From a virus: a stretch of DNA of 64,000 bases. A program made the position numbers and the translations under genes. Within the stretch, counting starts at the first letter, position 1, and every line of letters starts with the position of its first letter. Where the stretch lies: positions 1 to 64,000 of the IMG/VR virus record IMGVR_UViG_3300036759_000025. One strand, given 5' to 3'. Below, in pieces: positions 1 through 9,139 of the stretch. The notes below the pieces were generated by a model. The model did not search any database, was not told the origin of the DNA, and was given only the letters and a program-made list of their open reading frames with translations.

Positions 1-33
1 GGTCATGAGTCAATCGTTCTCAGTCGAGGCCGG

Positions 34-309
34 TTGCGCTGCCCGCACTGCGAGCAGGTTGGCAAGTACCCAGGCGACTTCAAGTCGCTTGATCTCAACC
101 CGAAGTACAAAGACGATCTAAACCCGGTTTACAAGCATATTGGGTGCGGACACGTCTTCTCTCCTGGCGATCCGCTGATCATCCAGCAGTACATAACAGG
201 TCAGTTGGTGTCAAGGTCGGTGTTTGAGGATCTCCAGCGCACCGTGCAGCGGCTCGAAGCAATCGTGGGTGGAATACCGATCCAAGGTGAAGGGAGGACA
301 GCAGCATGA
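34..309 (+). CDS. small zinc-ribbon protein (hypothetical)
   Basis: 91-aa ORF with a TTG start. CPHC near the N-terminus plus a later GCGH pair. Its stop overlaps the next start (ATGA at 306-309). Confidence 0.45.
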   Translation: MRCPHCEQVGKYPGDFKSLDLNPKYKDDLNPVYKHIGCGHVFSPGDPLIIQQYITGQLVSRSVFEDLQRTVQRLEAIVGGIPIQGEGRTAA

Positions 310-1670
310 CGCTTGACACGAGCGAGCGTCACCCCATCTGCCTGATCCTGAACTTCGCGTCCACGGACGTGGAGGAAGGCAAGCTGGATGACAGTCCGGT
401 GCTGTGGAAGGATCTGATGGCCGAGGGCGTGGTTGCCCGCACGCCGAACCTGAAGGAGAAGGTCCCCTTCAAGGTCATCTCCACCGGCCGCTCGTCGTCT
501 CGCAATGGCAACATCACTGTCAGCATGAGCGATCTGGTCGAAGCGTTCGACGCCAAGGCGTTCCAGGACGTGACGATTCCGGACGGGCATCCCAAGCCCG
601 ACCGCGTGCTCCCTGATGGCAGGGTTGTCAAGGGTGACAGCGCGCTCAACAACACAGGCTACGTCCGTGGCCTGCGTGTCGTCAAGAAGACGGTCAAGGG
701 CGGTCCGAAGGATGGCAAGGAGATTCACGTTCTCCAAGCCGGACTCGGATTCACGGAGCCGGATGTCGCGGCCAAGGTGAAGCGGGGCTCTGTCCCCAAC
801 ATCTCGGCTGGTGTGTACTTCGACTTCGTGCGCAAGGCCGACGACCGCTACTTCCGGGCGGCACTGAACCACGCGGCTCTGACCAAGAACCCGTGGATGC
901 AGGATCTCGAACCGTTCCAGCGCGCGTACTTCGCAGATGGTGACAGCGAGTACGAGCTTCAGGAACTCCTGCTGGACGAAGACAAGCAGGATGACAACGA
1001 CGCCAAGGTGATCTGGAACGAGCAGGTCGCAGCGAACTTCATCCGCAATGCGATCTCCCAGGCCCTCAACCCGAAGCCCACGATGGAAGAGCAGGCGCTT
1101 GGTGTGCCGGAACGGCCCCGCGCCTTCTACTACGTCGAGGACGTGACTCACAACGAGCCGAACGTGGCCCGTGTCGAGGAGTCCTATCGGGGACGTACCA
1201 CCAACTTCGTTGTCCCCTACTCGGTGGATGACGATGGCAAGGTCACTGTCTCACCTCAAGCCCATTGGCAAGAGGGCAAGCAGGCGATGATCGCTGCCAG
1301 CGACGACGACAACCTGGATGCCTTCGAGTCCAGGACCGTCGAAGCACTGCGTGAGCGGCTGACCGTCGCTCTCGCTGACATGTTCGGTGATGACAACAAG
1401 CTCGTCATCGGGCAGATGTCAACGGATGGGCGTGCGCTGATCCGCAACCAGGACACGGGTGCCGAGCACCTGGCCCGGTTCCGCGAGATCGGTCCTCATG
1501 CCTACTTCGCTGACACCGCTGACTGGACGACGGTTCGCCTGCCGTCCAGCAAGCCGGGCAACACACCGGCCAGCAAGCCGTCTCCCAAGGTCGAGTTCGA
1601 TCTGAACACGCCCGAGGGCCGGGTGGCTGCTGCACGTCAACGGCGAGAGCAACTCGTCACGAGCAATTAG
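306..1670 (+). CDS. putative capsid maturation protease with C-terminal scaffold-like region (Mu gpI / S78-like)
   Basis: 454 aa, located upstream of the scaffold/decoration/MCP genes. The pattern ...IPDGHPKPD...GYVRGLRV...GSVPNISAGVYFDF...LNHAALTKNPWMQDL resembles the His...Ser-Gly...aLT.nPA layout of Mu I-type prohead proteases. Motif match by eye only. Confidence 0.45.
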   Translation: MTLDTSERHPICLILNFASTDVEEGKLDDSPVLWKDLMAEGVVARTPNLKEKVPFKVISTGRSSSRNGNITVSMSDLVEAFDAKAFQDVTIPDGHPKPDRVLPDGRVVKGDSALNNTGYVRGLRVVKKTVKGGPKDGKEIHVLQAGLGFTEPDVAAKVKRGSVPNISAGVYFDFVRKADDRYFRAALNHAALTKNPWMQDLEPFQRAYFADGDSEYELQELLLDEDKQDDNDAKVIWNEQVAANFIRNAISQALNPKPTMEEQALGVPERPRAFYYVEDVTHNEPNVARVEESYRGRTTNFVVPYSVDDDGKVTVSPQAHWQEGKQAMIAASDDDNLDAFESRTVEALRERLTVALADMFGDDNKLVIGQMSTDGRALIRNQDTGAEHLARFREIGPHAYFADTADWTTVRLPSSKPGNTPASKPSPKVEFDLNTPEGRVAAARQRREQLVTSN

Positions 1671-1687
1671 TAAGGAGGTGGACATAA

Positions 1688-2260
1688 GTGGGAATCCTGG
1701 AGACGATCGACGCCATGGACCTCAGTGATGAGGAGAAGGCGCGGATGCGGCGTGAGTACGAGGAGGAAGTCAATCCTCTGCGAACCGAGGTTGGCACGCT
1801 GCGGACGAACGATCGCCGCGAGAAGGTCAAGACCGAGATCCTGGCGCTGAGCGAGGCTGGGTTCAAGGATGCGCCACGTGCGTTGGCATTCGTGCGTCGG
1901 CTGTATCTCTCGCCCGACGCCGAGGAGCCGGGAGTGGTTCTGTTCGCAGATCACGAACTGAGCCTCACCGGCGAGGAGGCAACCGGGGCGACAACCCGCG
2001 AGTCGATGTCGGTCGCGCAAGCGTTCCGCACGTTCTTCTCGCTGCTGCCAGCCGACAAGGATGGCAAGCTGAAGGTCACGCTGTCCGACCAGGGCACCGT
2101 CACCGACGACCATGGCAAGCCCGCTGTCGGTGACCGCAACGATGCGGTGGAGCAGACGGCGGCGCACAAGGAGTCCCTGGGACGTTCGCTCGGTCGCACG
2201 ATCGATCGCCCGTCGCGCGACAAGCGCTACAAGGGCTTCTCTTCGGGAGGCGGTGACTAG
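1688..2260 (+). CDS. putative scaffolding protein
   Basis: 190 aa, GTG start 9 nt after TAAGGAGGTG. Charged, helical-looking N-terminus (EEKARMRREYEEEV...). Position between protease and decoration/MCP genes. Confidence 0.35.
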   Translation: MGILETIDAMDLSDEEKARMRREYEEEVNPLRTEVGTLRTNDRREKVKTEILALSEAGFKDAPRALAFVRRLYLSPDAEEPGVVLFADHELSLTGEEATGATTRESMSVAQAFRTFFSLLPADKDGKLKVTLSDQGTVTDDHGKPAVGDRNDAVEQTAAHKESLGRSLGRTIDRPSRDKRYKGFSSGGGD

Positions 2261-2262
2261 CA

Positions 2263-2652
2263 ATGGCGTGGAACATTCGCACCTCTCGCAACGTCACACC
2301 CGACCTGGAGATCCTGGTCAACCAAGTCAACGTCGATGTCGCGGCCAGCATCGTGCTCGACGCCGGGGCGGTCACGCCCGACCCGACGACCGGTGAACGC
2401 AAGCTCGTCGCCGGAACGCCGCTCAAGAAGGTTGGCAACCAGTACGTCCCGTGGGACGCGGCTGCCGATGCGGCCACCCTCTGCCTTGGCATTCTCGCCA
2501 GGTCTGAGGTCTTCCCCGATGGCACGGCGCAGTCCGACCTGCCGTCCGCCATGTGGCACCACGGCCAGTGGTTCCGCACCGACCGCATCGTGGGCTGGGC
2601 CACGGGCGGCACCAAGATCCGGCAGGCGCTTCCGACCTGCAAGTTCTCCTGA
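2263..2652 (+). CDS. head decoration protein (lambda gpD-like)
   Basis: 129 aa immediately upstream of the MCP. ...RKLVAGTPL...LGILARSEV...GQWFRTDRIV parallels the lambda D pattern RKLVAW...VGILA...GTFRYEDV. Confidence 0.55.
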   Translation: MAWNIRTSRNVTPDLEILVNQVNVDVAASIVLDAGAVTPDPTTGERKLVAGTPLKKVGNQYVPWDAAADAATLCLGILARSEVFPDGTAQSDLPSAMWHHGQWFRTDRIVGWATGGTKIRQALPTCKFS

Positions 2653-2678
2653 TCATCAGAGAGGAGGTGTAAAGTTAG

Positions 2679-3740
2679 ATGGCAGTCATCGACGACATCA
2701 TGGATCAGGCGACACTCACGGACGCGATCGTCGGTCCCGTCGAGACGGAGATGGAGCAGATGCCGTACATCGGGGAGCAGATCGCCCCGATGGTGCCCAC
2801 GGACTCGCAGTACGTGAGCATGTCGGTGGAGGACTTCTACGCCACCGGCATCGGCCAGTTCCGAGCGCCCGAAGCATCAATCCCGTTGATGGACATCACG
2901 GGACGCGAGGAGCGCGAGGAAGTCATCGAGTTGGCATATCTCGATGAGGCCCATCGCATCTCCCCACGACGGTGGGAGATCCTGACGCAAGGTGGCGAGA
3001 AGCTGGCGGGTCGTGAGGCCCGTCGCCTGATCGAGATCGGGCAGATCTTGGAACGGCGCAACGAGCGCTTGACCGAGTGGATGCGCTGGCAGACGTTCAG
3101 CGGCCAGATCACGATCGAGTACCAGCTTCGTGACACCGCGCTTGTCATCGACTACCCGTTCGCGGCCGGTCACAAGCCGACTGCGGCCATCGCGTGGACC
3201 GACCTGGCCAACGCCGACCCGATCAACGATCTCAAGGTCTGGCTGAAGCAGGTCAGCACCGATTCGGGTTCGCCTGGCAGGCGGGTTCACATCAGCGACG
3301 ACGACATCGAACTGATCCTCACCAACCAGAAGCTCCCCGGCTACTTCAACGTCGAGCCGGGACAGCCCTTCATGCCAACGCTGGATGACGTGGGCAAGCT
3401 TCTGCCTCCGGGGACCGTGTTCGTGCCGACCAACCACGGCTACCGAGCCGAGAGCGTCGGCGCGTCGAAGCGCCCGCAGGACCACACGCGGTACCTGCCA
3501 ATCGGCAAGGTACTGATCACGACGGACTACACGGTGCAGGGCTACGGGGCCATCGCGGAGACGCTGAACGGTCCCGTCGAGATCAAGTCCGGCCCGAACG
3601 ACACGGTGTTCCTGCCGGGTCCGCAGTCCGAGATCATCCTGAAGGGCGAGGGCGTCTACACGCGCCTGCTCCGTCAGGCTTCCCGACGCATCGTGCGCCT
3701 CAAGGTGCCCGAGGCGTTCCTGTACGCCACGGTGCGCTAG
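2679..3740 (+). CDS. major capsid protein (lambda gpE-like family)
   Basis: 353 aa with a strong SD (GAGAGGAGGTG). Size, position after the D-like gene, and W.D.anaDPinDl / late G-rich pattern fit Phage_cap_E-type capsid proteins. Confidence 0.65.
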   Translation: MAVIDDIMDQATLTDAIVGPVETEMEQMPYIGEQIAPMVPTDSQYVSMSVEDFYATGIGQFRAPEASIPLMDITGREEREEVIELAYLDEAHRISPRRWEILTQGGEKLAGREARRLIEIGQILERRNERLTEWMRWQTFSGQITIEYQLRDTALVIDYPFAAGHKPTAAIAWTDLANADPINDLKVWLKQVSTDSGSPGRRVHISDDDIELILTNQKLPGYFNVEPGQPFMPTLDDVGKLLPPGTVFVPTNHGYRAESVGASKRPQDHTRYLPIGKVLITTDYTVQGYGAIAETLNGPVEIKSGPNDTVFLPGPQSEIILKGEGVYTRLLRQASRRIVRLKVPEAFLYATVR

Positions 3741-3756
3741 GGAGGAGGTGAACAAC

Positions 3757-4482
3757 ATGGCTGATAGCAAGGGCTACGAAGTGCTCGTGGACGAACTGAC
3801 AGTCCACAAGGCAGTTCGGGAACTCAACCACCCGATCACGGGTGAGAAGATCGGCTGGCAGCAGGGCCAGGGCGAGACGTGGTTCCTGGGCGAAGTGATC
3901 CCGCCCGAAGCGATCAACCCCGAGTGGGCCGAAGCGCTGGAGTCCGGCGAAGGCTCGCTCTACGAGTCGCTGAAGGAGAAGCTCAAGCCGTCCAGCGACG
4001 AGCCCGCCGTCTCCGACGCCGTGCGCATGGGGATGCCGTTCGAGGGCTACGACGACATGGAGGAGGATGACATCCTCGCTGCCATGCGCGTGCTCCCGAG
4101 CGCCACTGCCACGCGCATCAAGGAGTGGGAGGCCCGCCAGGACGAACCGCGCGATGCGATCGTCCACTTCAACATCGGCTACGGCGTCTCGCCGGGCGAC
4201 TACCAGGAGGGCAAGGTGCCCGGAGGCGATGCCTCCACCGAGGGCGACGAGTCCAAGCCGGTGCGGGCGATCCGTACCAGGCAGGTTGCCGCCGTCGATG
4301 AGGATGGCCCGACCGTTCCGGGCGAAGGTGTCACGGGGACGGGCGATCCGCAGGTCGAGCCGGGAACCGCCGCCGCTGCGGAGGCCGCAGACGAGGCCCC
4401 CAAGACGGCTCGCCGCGCCGGACGCCGCCCGCGTCCGCAGCGCACACAGCAGGCCACCACCGAGTCCACTGAAGGCTCGTAG
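3757..4482 (+). CDS. hypothetical protein, acidic core with Arg-rich C-terminal tail
   Basis: ATG 8 nt after GGGAGGAGG (the ORF track starts at GTG 3748). GC-rich third codon positions. C-terminus KTARRAGRRPRPQRTQQ. Confidence 0.5.
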   Translation: MADSKGYEVLVDELTVHKAVRELNHPITGEKIGWQQGQGETWFLGEVIPPEAINPEWAEALESGEGSLYESLKEKLKPSSDEPAVSDAVRMGMPFEGYDDMEEDDILAAMRVLPSATATRIKEWEARQDEPRDAIVHFNIGYGVSPGDYQEGKVPGGDASTEGDESKPVRAIRTRQVAAVDEDGPTVPGEGVTGTGDPQVEPGTAAAAEAADEAPKTARRAGRRPRPQRTQQATTESTEGS

Positions 4483-4509
4483 GCGTACTGGCAAGGGAGG
4501 TGACAGACG

Positions 4510-5061
4510 ATGGCCAATGAGTACACCCTAAACGACGAGATCGAAGCAGGCGCGCGGGACGAGCTTCCGGAGACGTTCGATGCGCTGATCGAGTCGGAGA
4601 ACTTCGGGGAAGCTGGCCTCGCGCGTCGCAAGTCCCTTGTCATGGCACGTATCTGGGGCAGGGCGCTTGACGAATCCGAGATCGAGGTTCTGGACCCGCG
4701 TGTGCAGGCTTACGCGGCGAAGATGCTCGCTCGGACGTTGATCGGCCCTGGCATCGACTACTGGGGTGCGCAGGTTCTCTCCCAGTCCGCTGGCACGACC
4801 GAACAGGTCAGTTACGACGCCCAGCGGATCACTGCGCTCAAGGATGCTGACAAGCGCCTTGCTGCTGAGATCGCAGAACTGCTGCCGGACGTGGAGGTCA
4901 TCCTTCCGCCCGTCAAGCTGACTGTGGGAGCAGGCCCACATGTCGAGCAGGCTGGCAAACTGGGTACGGTGAATGCGTTGGACGGCCTCTACACGCCCGA
5001 TCCGTACGACCTGCCGCCTGTCTATGCCCCGACCACGACGGAGACGACTGGAACGGCGTAA
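4510..5061 (+). CDS. hypothetical head-tail connector candidate
   Basis: 183 aa with SD AAGGGAGGTG. Call rests on position after the capsid genes only. Confidence 0.4.
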   Translation: MANEYTLNDEIEAGARDELPETFDALIESENFGEAGLARRKSLVMARIWGRALDESEIEVLDPRVQAYAAKMLARTLIGPGIDYWGAQVLSQSAGTTEQVSYDAQRITALKDADKRLAAEIAELLPDVEVILPPVKLTVGAGPHVEQAGKLGTVNALDGLYTPDPYDLPPVYAPTTTETTGTA

Positions 5062-5663
5062 TGCCAATCTTGGCGTCAACGATCGATTCGGAGGTCATGC
5101 TCGATGACATCGAGATTGTCCTCCAGACCGATCTCAACGATGCGCTCGCACAGGTGTACGCGGGCCTCGAAGCTCGGGATGAAGCACGTGCCATACGCCG
5201 GGGCGTTGAGTACGTCCCTCTGACGTACGACCAGGTTTCACCAGATCACTACCACGTCGGCAACTTCCCCAGACAGGTGCTAGGAGACGTACCAAACGAG
5301 TTGTATCCGTATCTCGTGCTCGCAGTAGAGGACATGGTTCCGGATGCCGAGAGTGCAAACCAGGATCACATGGTCGTGTTCCGGCAAGCGCTTGCGGTCC
5401 ATTCGCTGGCCATGGCCACTGAGGACGAGGGCTCAGAGGTCGTCTACCGGCGCGCTCTCCGGATGGGTGTGGCAGTTCACACCGTCCTGATGAGTAACAG
5501 AGCAACAATCAACATGTTCCAGGGGATAGTGAATCCGACGCGGGGGCAAGCATCGATCCCGTGGACCTATCGCGAAGGCGGTCGCAACAACAACCGTGCC
5601 TGGTATCAGGCCGTGGGCCTGTCCTACGCGATCAAGCTCTACACGATGAGCCGCTATGGCTAG
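5061..5663 (+). CDS. hypothetical head-tail joining candidate
   Basis: 200 aa. TAATG overlap with the upstream stop. Call rests on position only. Confidence 0.4.
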   Translation: MPILASTIDSEVMLDDIEIVLQTDLNDALAQVYAGLEARDEARAIRRGVEYVPLTYDQVSPDHYHVGNFPRQVLGDVPNELYPYLVLAVEDMVPDAESANQDHMVVFRQALAVHSLAMATEDEGSEVVYRRALRMGVAVHTVLMSNRATINMFQGIVNPTRGQASIPWTYREGGRNNNRAWYQAVGLSYAIKLYTMSRYG

Positions 5664-5673
5664 GAGGTGACGC

Positions 5674-5919
5674 ATGGCGAGTTACATCCTCCGAGGCTGC
5701 AAGCAGCGTGGTGCAAGGGTTGGCCGCGTGAACGTCGATGGCGACCGCTCGTTGGTGCTCAACGGGGCACCAGTCGAGTTGTCAGACGAGGAGTACGAAG
5801 GATTCCAGCAACGATACGTCCTCGAAGCTGCGGACGCTGAAGTGCTGGCTGAACCGGATGACAACAAGGGTGATGAGCCCGAGGAGTCGTCCTCCGATAC
5901 GACAACCAGCCACACCTGA
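5674..5919 (+). CDS. hypothetical protein with acidic C-terminus
   Basis: 81 aa with SD TAGGAGGTG. Confidence 0.45.
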   Translation: MASYILRGCKQRGARVGRVNVDGDRSLVLNGAPVELSDEEYEGFQQRYVLEAADAEVLAEPDDNKGDEPEESSSDTTTSHT

Positions 5920-5938
5920 GAAGGGAGGTGTGAAGTAG

Positions 5939-6586
5939 GTGAGCAATTTTTTCCAAGCTCGGCATGGCCTTGACTACGAGCAGGGCTTCATGCAGGGCGC
6001 GGGACGCATCCTGATCGCGCCTGGGGATACTGCATTCCCAGATGCCATCTCGGACATGATCGTGACGGCACCAGGCCCGACGGTCTATGACCCGGTGGAC
6101 CCGTTCGATGAGGTCGGCTTCACCAAGACCGGCATCAACATCACACGCAACAACGCCGAGGAGACGTTCACCGTCGATCAGCTTCGGTCGGCCATCAAGA
6201 CCAGGCCGTCGAACTGGGAGATGTCGGTTGGCACCCAGCTTGCCGAAACGTCCCTGGAGACGTTCGCGCTCGCGTGGGAGCTTCCCGATCCCGAGGAGGT
6301 CACTGCGGCGGCGGCGGGGACCAAGGGGCTCAAGAAGGTTGGCATGGGAGCGCCAACCTCGTACAGCGAGAAGCTGCTGTGCGTGCTGTTCCTGTACCCC
6401 GACGACATCATTCGTGCGTTCGTCTGGCGGCGCTGCCTCCATGCGGCGCAGGAGTCCGGGTTCACGCTCCAGAACACGGGCGAGCAGGTCAGCCTGCCGT
6501 GGCGGCTCAACTGCATGGCAGACGACACCGCACCCGATGGCGAGCAGTTCGGCGTCATCTTCGAGGAGACACCGGCGCTTCCGTAG
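5939..6586 (+). CDS. putative major tail protein
   Basis: 215 aa, GTG start after GAAGGGAGGTG. Position upstream of the chaperone-like genes and TMP. Beta-rich sequence (GFTKTGINITRNNAEETFTVDQ...SVGTQLAETSLETFALAW) is typical of siphoviral tail tube proteins. Confidence 0.5.
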   Translation: MSNFFQARHGLDYEQGFMQGAGRILIAPGDTAFPDAISDMIVTAPGPTVYDPVDPFDEVGFTKTGINITRNNAEETFTVDQLRSAIKTRPSNWEMSVGTQLAETSLETFALAWELPDPEEVTAAAAGTKGLKKVGMGAPTSYSEKLLCVLFLYPDDIIRAFVWRRCLHAAQESGFTLQNTGEQVSLPWRLNCMADDTAPDGEQFGVIFEETPALP

Positions 6587-6694
6587 GCCAACCAGCATTA
6601 CAGTGCAAGCCAGAGGGCAGCGCTGAACCACTAGCAAGCGAAGGCAACCAAGTGGGCAAGAACATGACAACCACACGGAGCGAGGGCGCTGGGC

Positions 6695-7252
6695 ATGTCG
6701 TCCTCGCTTCTGTGTGTCTTGGCGGTTGTCATGACTGACTTCATCGAGTTCGAGGTGGATGAGGATGAGGTCATGCGCGGCCTCACCATCCAAGAAGTGT
6801 GGGCCAAGCACGTTCTGCGCGACTTCATTGACGACCTGGCTGACAAGGGGATTGAAGTCTTGCGGATGCACGCTCCGAAGCCGGGATTGAACCATCCCTA
6901 CTCGGAGGGTTACACCCAGGAGCACATCGACCGCACAGGGATCTCCTGGCATCCTGGTGGTGCCGGTGGTGGTGGCACATACCAGGTCATCCTTGGTGTC
7001 AAGGCCGGGACCAGCTATCACCCGGTCTATGCCAATCTTGGCACGGGGGTTTACAGTTACACCAGAGATTACATCCGATCGATCAGTGGCAAGCTGATGT
7101 GGTTCTACGGAACGAAGATCGGACTCAGGATCGCCGCATACGAGGTTGCAGGGCAAAGGCCGCAACGCTTCCTGTATGAGACGTGGCGTGATCTGGCGCT
7201 GTTCGCAGAGATGCGCCTGCTGACAGAGCGATCGTTCATCAATAGCATCTAG
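6695..7252 (+). CDS. hypothetical virion protein (possibly HK97 gp10-like)
   Basis: 185-aa ORF with an alternative start at ATG 6731 (MTDFIEFEV...). The family assignment is a weak impression only. Confidence 0.35.
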   Translation: MSSSLLCVLAVVMTDFIEFEVDEDEVMRGLTIQEVWAKHVLRDFIDDLADKGIEVLRMHAPKPGLNHPYSEGYTQEHIDRTGISWHPGGAGGGGTYQVILGVKAGTSYHPVYANLGTGVYSYTRDYIRSISGKLMWFYGTKIGLRIAAYEVAGQRPQRFLYETWRDLALFAEMRLLTERSFINSI

Positions 7253-7273
7253 GGATACTCAAAGGAGATCCAA

Positions 7274-8059
7274 ATGTCAACTCAGGCGACAGAGCCTAAG
7301 GAAGCCACACCACGGCGACGAGCGAAGCCGGTCGCCAAGGACGACCCGGAAGTCGTCGCTGCGACCAACGCCGAGGCGATGGATGCGCTCGAACCAGGCG
7401 CAGGCGATGCTGCCTCCTGGCTTGACAAGCCGGTTGACGATCTCTCAGAGATCAAGCGCTACATCGTCGGCAAGCCGCCTGAGGAGGGTGGCAAGGACAC
7501 CGAGTACAGCGTCTACATCCAGCAGCCGCTCGGCTGGATGGCCCGCCAGCGCTTCTTCGCTCTGATCTCCGGTGCCCTCTCACGTGCCATCCGCGCCAGC
7601 GGCGGCGAGGTGGCCGGGATGGGCGACATCTTCGGCAACCAGGGTGGCACGATCCGCGAACGCGGCGAGCGCCTGATGCAGCGCGACTGGCAGGATGCCT
7701 CCACCTTCATGGCACTGGCTGCCGAACTGACAGCCTACGTGCCAGATCTGATGCTGGAGTTCTACTGCATCTTCCTCCAGGTGCCAGTGGGCGAGCGCAA
7801 CTGGGCCAAGCTGATCTTCGACCAGGCGCATGACCCCGAACGCAACCTCTGGGGCTTCACCGATGACCAGCACCGCATGATCATCGGGACGTTCATCGAC
7901 CAGAACTACGAGGAGCTACGGGGGTATTTTACGAACGACCTGCCAGCGATCGCCAGGCGGGTCGTCATCAACGAGCGGAATCGAGCGGCCCGCGAGTCCG
8001 CATCGGCCCCGTCGAAGCAGTCGAACTCGTCTGGTCCAGCGGCGGTGGCGACCGCCTAA
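7274..8059 (+). CDS. putative tail assembly chaperone (G-like)
   Basis: 261 aa with SD AAAGGAG. Lies upstream of the TMP. Its 3' end is overlapped by an open -1 frame running 7867-8490. Confidence 0.4.
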   Translation: MSTQATEPKEATPRRRAKPVAKDDPEVVAATNAEAMDALEPGAGDAASWLDKPVDDLSEIKRYIVGKPPEEGGKDTEYSVYIQQPLGWMARQRFFALISGALSRAIRASGGEVAGMGDIFGNQGGTIRERGERLMQRDWQDASTFMALAAELTAYVPDLMLEFYCIFLQVPVGERNWAKLIFDQAHDPERNLWGFTDDQHRMIIGTFIDQNYEELRGYFTNDLPAIARRVVINERNRAARESASAPSKQSNSSGPAAVATA

Positions 8060-8157
8060 CGGAGATCATCAACTGGCCTGCTAAAACCTTCGATGCGATC
8101 TACACAGCCATTGTCAAGCGTCAAGCCCGCGAGGGGGTCGAGCGTCAGCGCGATCAG

Positions 8158-8490
8158 ATGGTCGCTGCCATGTACTCGAATCCCAACTGGGATGACAAGG
8201 AGAATGACCGGCCTGGTCGCATCAAGGAGATCAATAAGCATTACAACAAGATCATTGAACTCATCTACGACCCGGATCTGGATGAGGGCGATGAGCCTGA
8301 CTGGGACAACCCGTTCTGGCAGGCCCACCTTCGCGCGCTCCAGCGCACGCGCGAGAAGTGGGGGCTGGACAACCCTGATGCCACGATGCGGGAAGTCATC
8401 GACGCAGACGAGGAGCAATCCCGTATGCTTCAGGCACTTGAACGCCGAGCCGCACGGCGCGAGGGGCTTGATCAGGTGAACGGTCGATGA
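8158..8490 (+). CDS. putative -1 frame extension of the tail chaperone (GT-like), or a separate small gene
   Basis: This frame is open from 7867 but its first ATG is at 8158. The in-frame sequence upstream (LTEIINWPAKTFDAIYTAIVKRQ) already looks coding. The frame relation to 7274..8059 is -1. Confidence 0.35.
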   Translation: MVAAMYSNPNWDDKENDRPGRIKEINKHYNKIIELIYDPDLDEGDEPDWDNPFWQAHLRALQRTREKWGLDNPDATMREVIDADEEQSRMLQALERRAARREGLDQVNGR

Positions 8491-9002
8491 AGCTTGCAAC
8501 TGTCATATTGGCTGGCATTCTGGTGACGACGCCTACCTGGGCGGTTGGTGCTACTCCCCAGCAACCCTTCAAGGCGTGTGTCGAGACGACCGGTGATCAC
8601 TGGACCAAGCTCGATCTCAAGATCCGGCCCAAGGCAGGCTGCCCCAAGGGCCAATACCCAGTCAGTTGGCCACAGGTCGGACCACAAGGCCCTGCTGGTC
8701 CGGCTGGTGCACAAGGCGTCACGGGACTGGCGGGTCCTGCGGGCGCTCAGGGTCCGGCCGGTGATGCGGGTGCACGCGGACCGGCTGGACCACCTGGGCC
8801 GAAGGGCGAGACTGGCAACGACGGTGCTCGCGGTCCTGCTGGTCCTGCTGGTTCTACTGGCCCGCGTGGTCCGCAGGGTCCTCCTGGGCCGCAAGGTCCG
8901 GCTGGCACTGGTGGCGGATGTCCAGCAGGGACAACGCGCCAGCAGATCACTGTCAATAGCCCTGGTGGCCAGAAGCAGATTGTGACCTGCGTGGTGTCAT
9001 GA
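8487..9002 (+). CDS. secreted collagen-like protein
   Basis: 171 aa. N-terminal signal-peptide-like [22 protein letters not shown], then 26 uninterrupted GXY triplets and a Cys-containing C-terminus (GGGCPAGTT...VTCVVS). ATGA overlap with the upstream stop. Confidence 0.7.
   Translation: MKLATVILAGILVTTPTWAVGATPQQPFKACVETTGDHWTKLDLKIRPKAGCPKGQYPVSWPQVGPQGPAGPAGAQGVTGLAGPAGAQGPAGDAGARGPAGPPGPKGETGNDGARGPAGPAGSTGPRGPQGPPGPQGPAGTGGGCPAGTTRQQITVNSPGGQKQIVTCVVS
8679..8912 (+). repeat. collagen GXY triplet array (26 triplets)
   Basis: [78 protein letters not shown], read in frame. Confidence 0.9.
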
Positions 9003-9047
9003 ACTATGCCACCTGTTGGGTATCGACATACACGGAGTACGAGGGCA

Positions 9048-9068
9048 AAGATGCGGCGTTCGCATCTT
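9048..9068 (+). terminator. 8-bp perfect hairpin between the collagen-like gene and the tape measure gene
   Basis: AAGATGCG-gcgtt-CGCATCTT. No U-tract follows, so a terminator function is uncertain. Confidence 0.35.
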
Positions 9069-9139
9069 GGCCAGTCACGTCGGTGTCCAACTGACATCGT
9101 TCGCGATCCTGTCGCAGCCATCAAGGCGGTGATCGCAAT

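Noticed and set aside
201-1151. Long antisense ORFs across the window (for example 201..1151 -, 5759..7165 -, 32507..33718 -, 48126..49076 -, 52475..53416 -, 53617..54615 -).
   Set aside because: They are typical shadow ORFs of GC-rich DNA. Their products are Arg/Ala/Gly/Leu/His-rich and low in complexity, and they lack SD sites. Each lies fully opposite a + strand ORF with recognisable motifs and GC-rich third codon positions.
8679-8912. Short-period nucleotide repeats that might suggest a CRISPR array or satellite.
   Set aside because: The periodicity is 9 nt, from GXY collagen codons inside good ORFs. There are no 25-40-nt direct repeats separated by unique spacers anywhere in the window.
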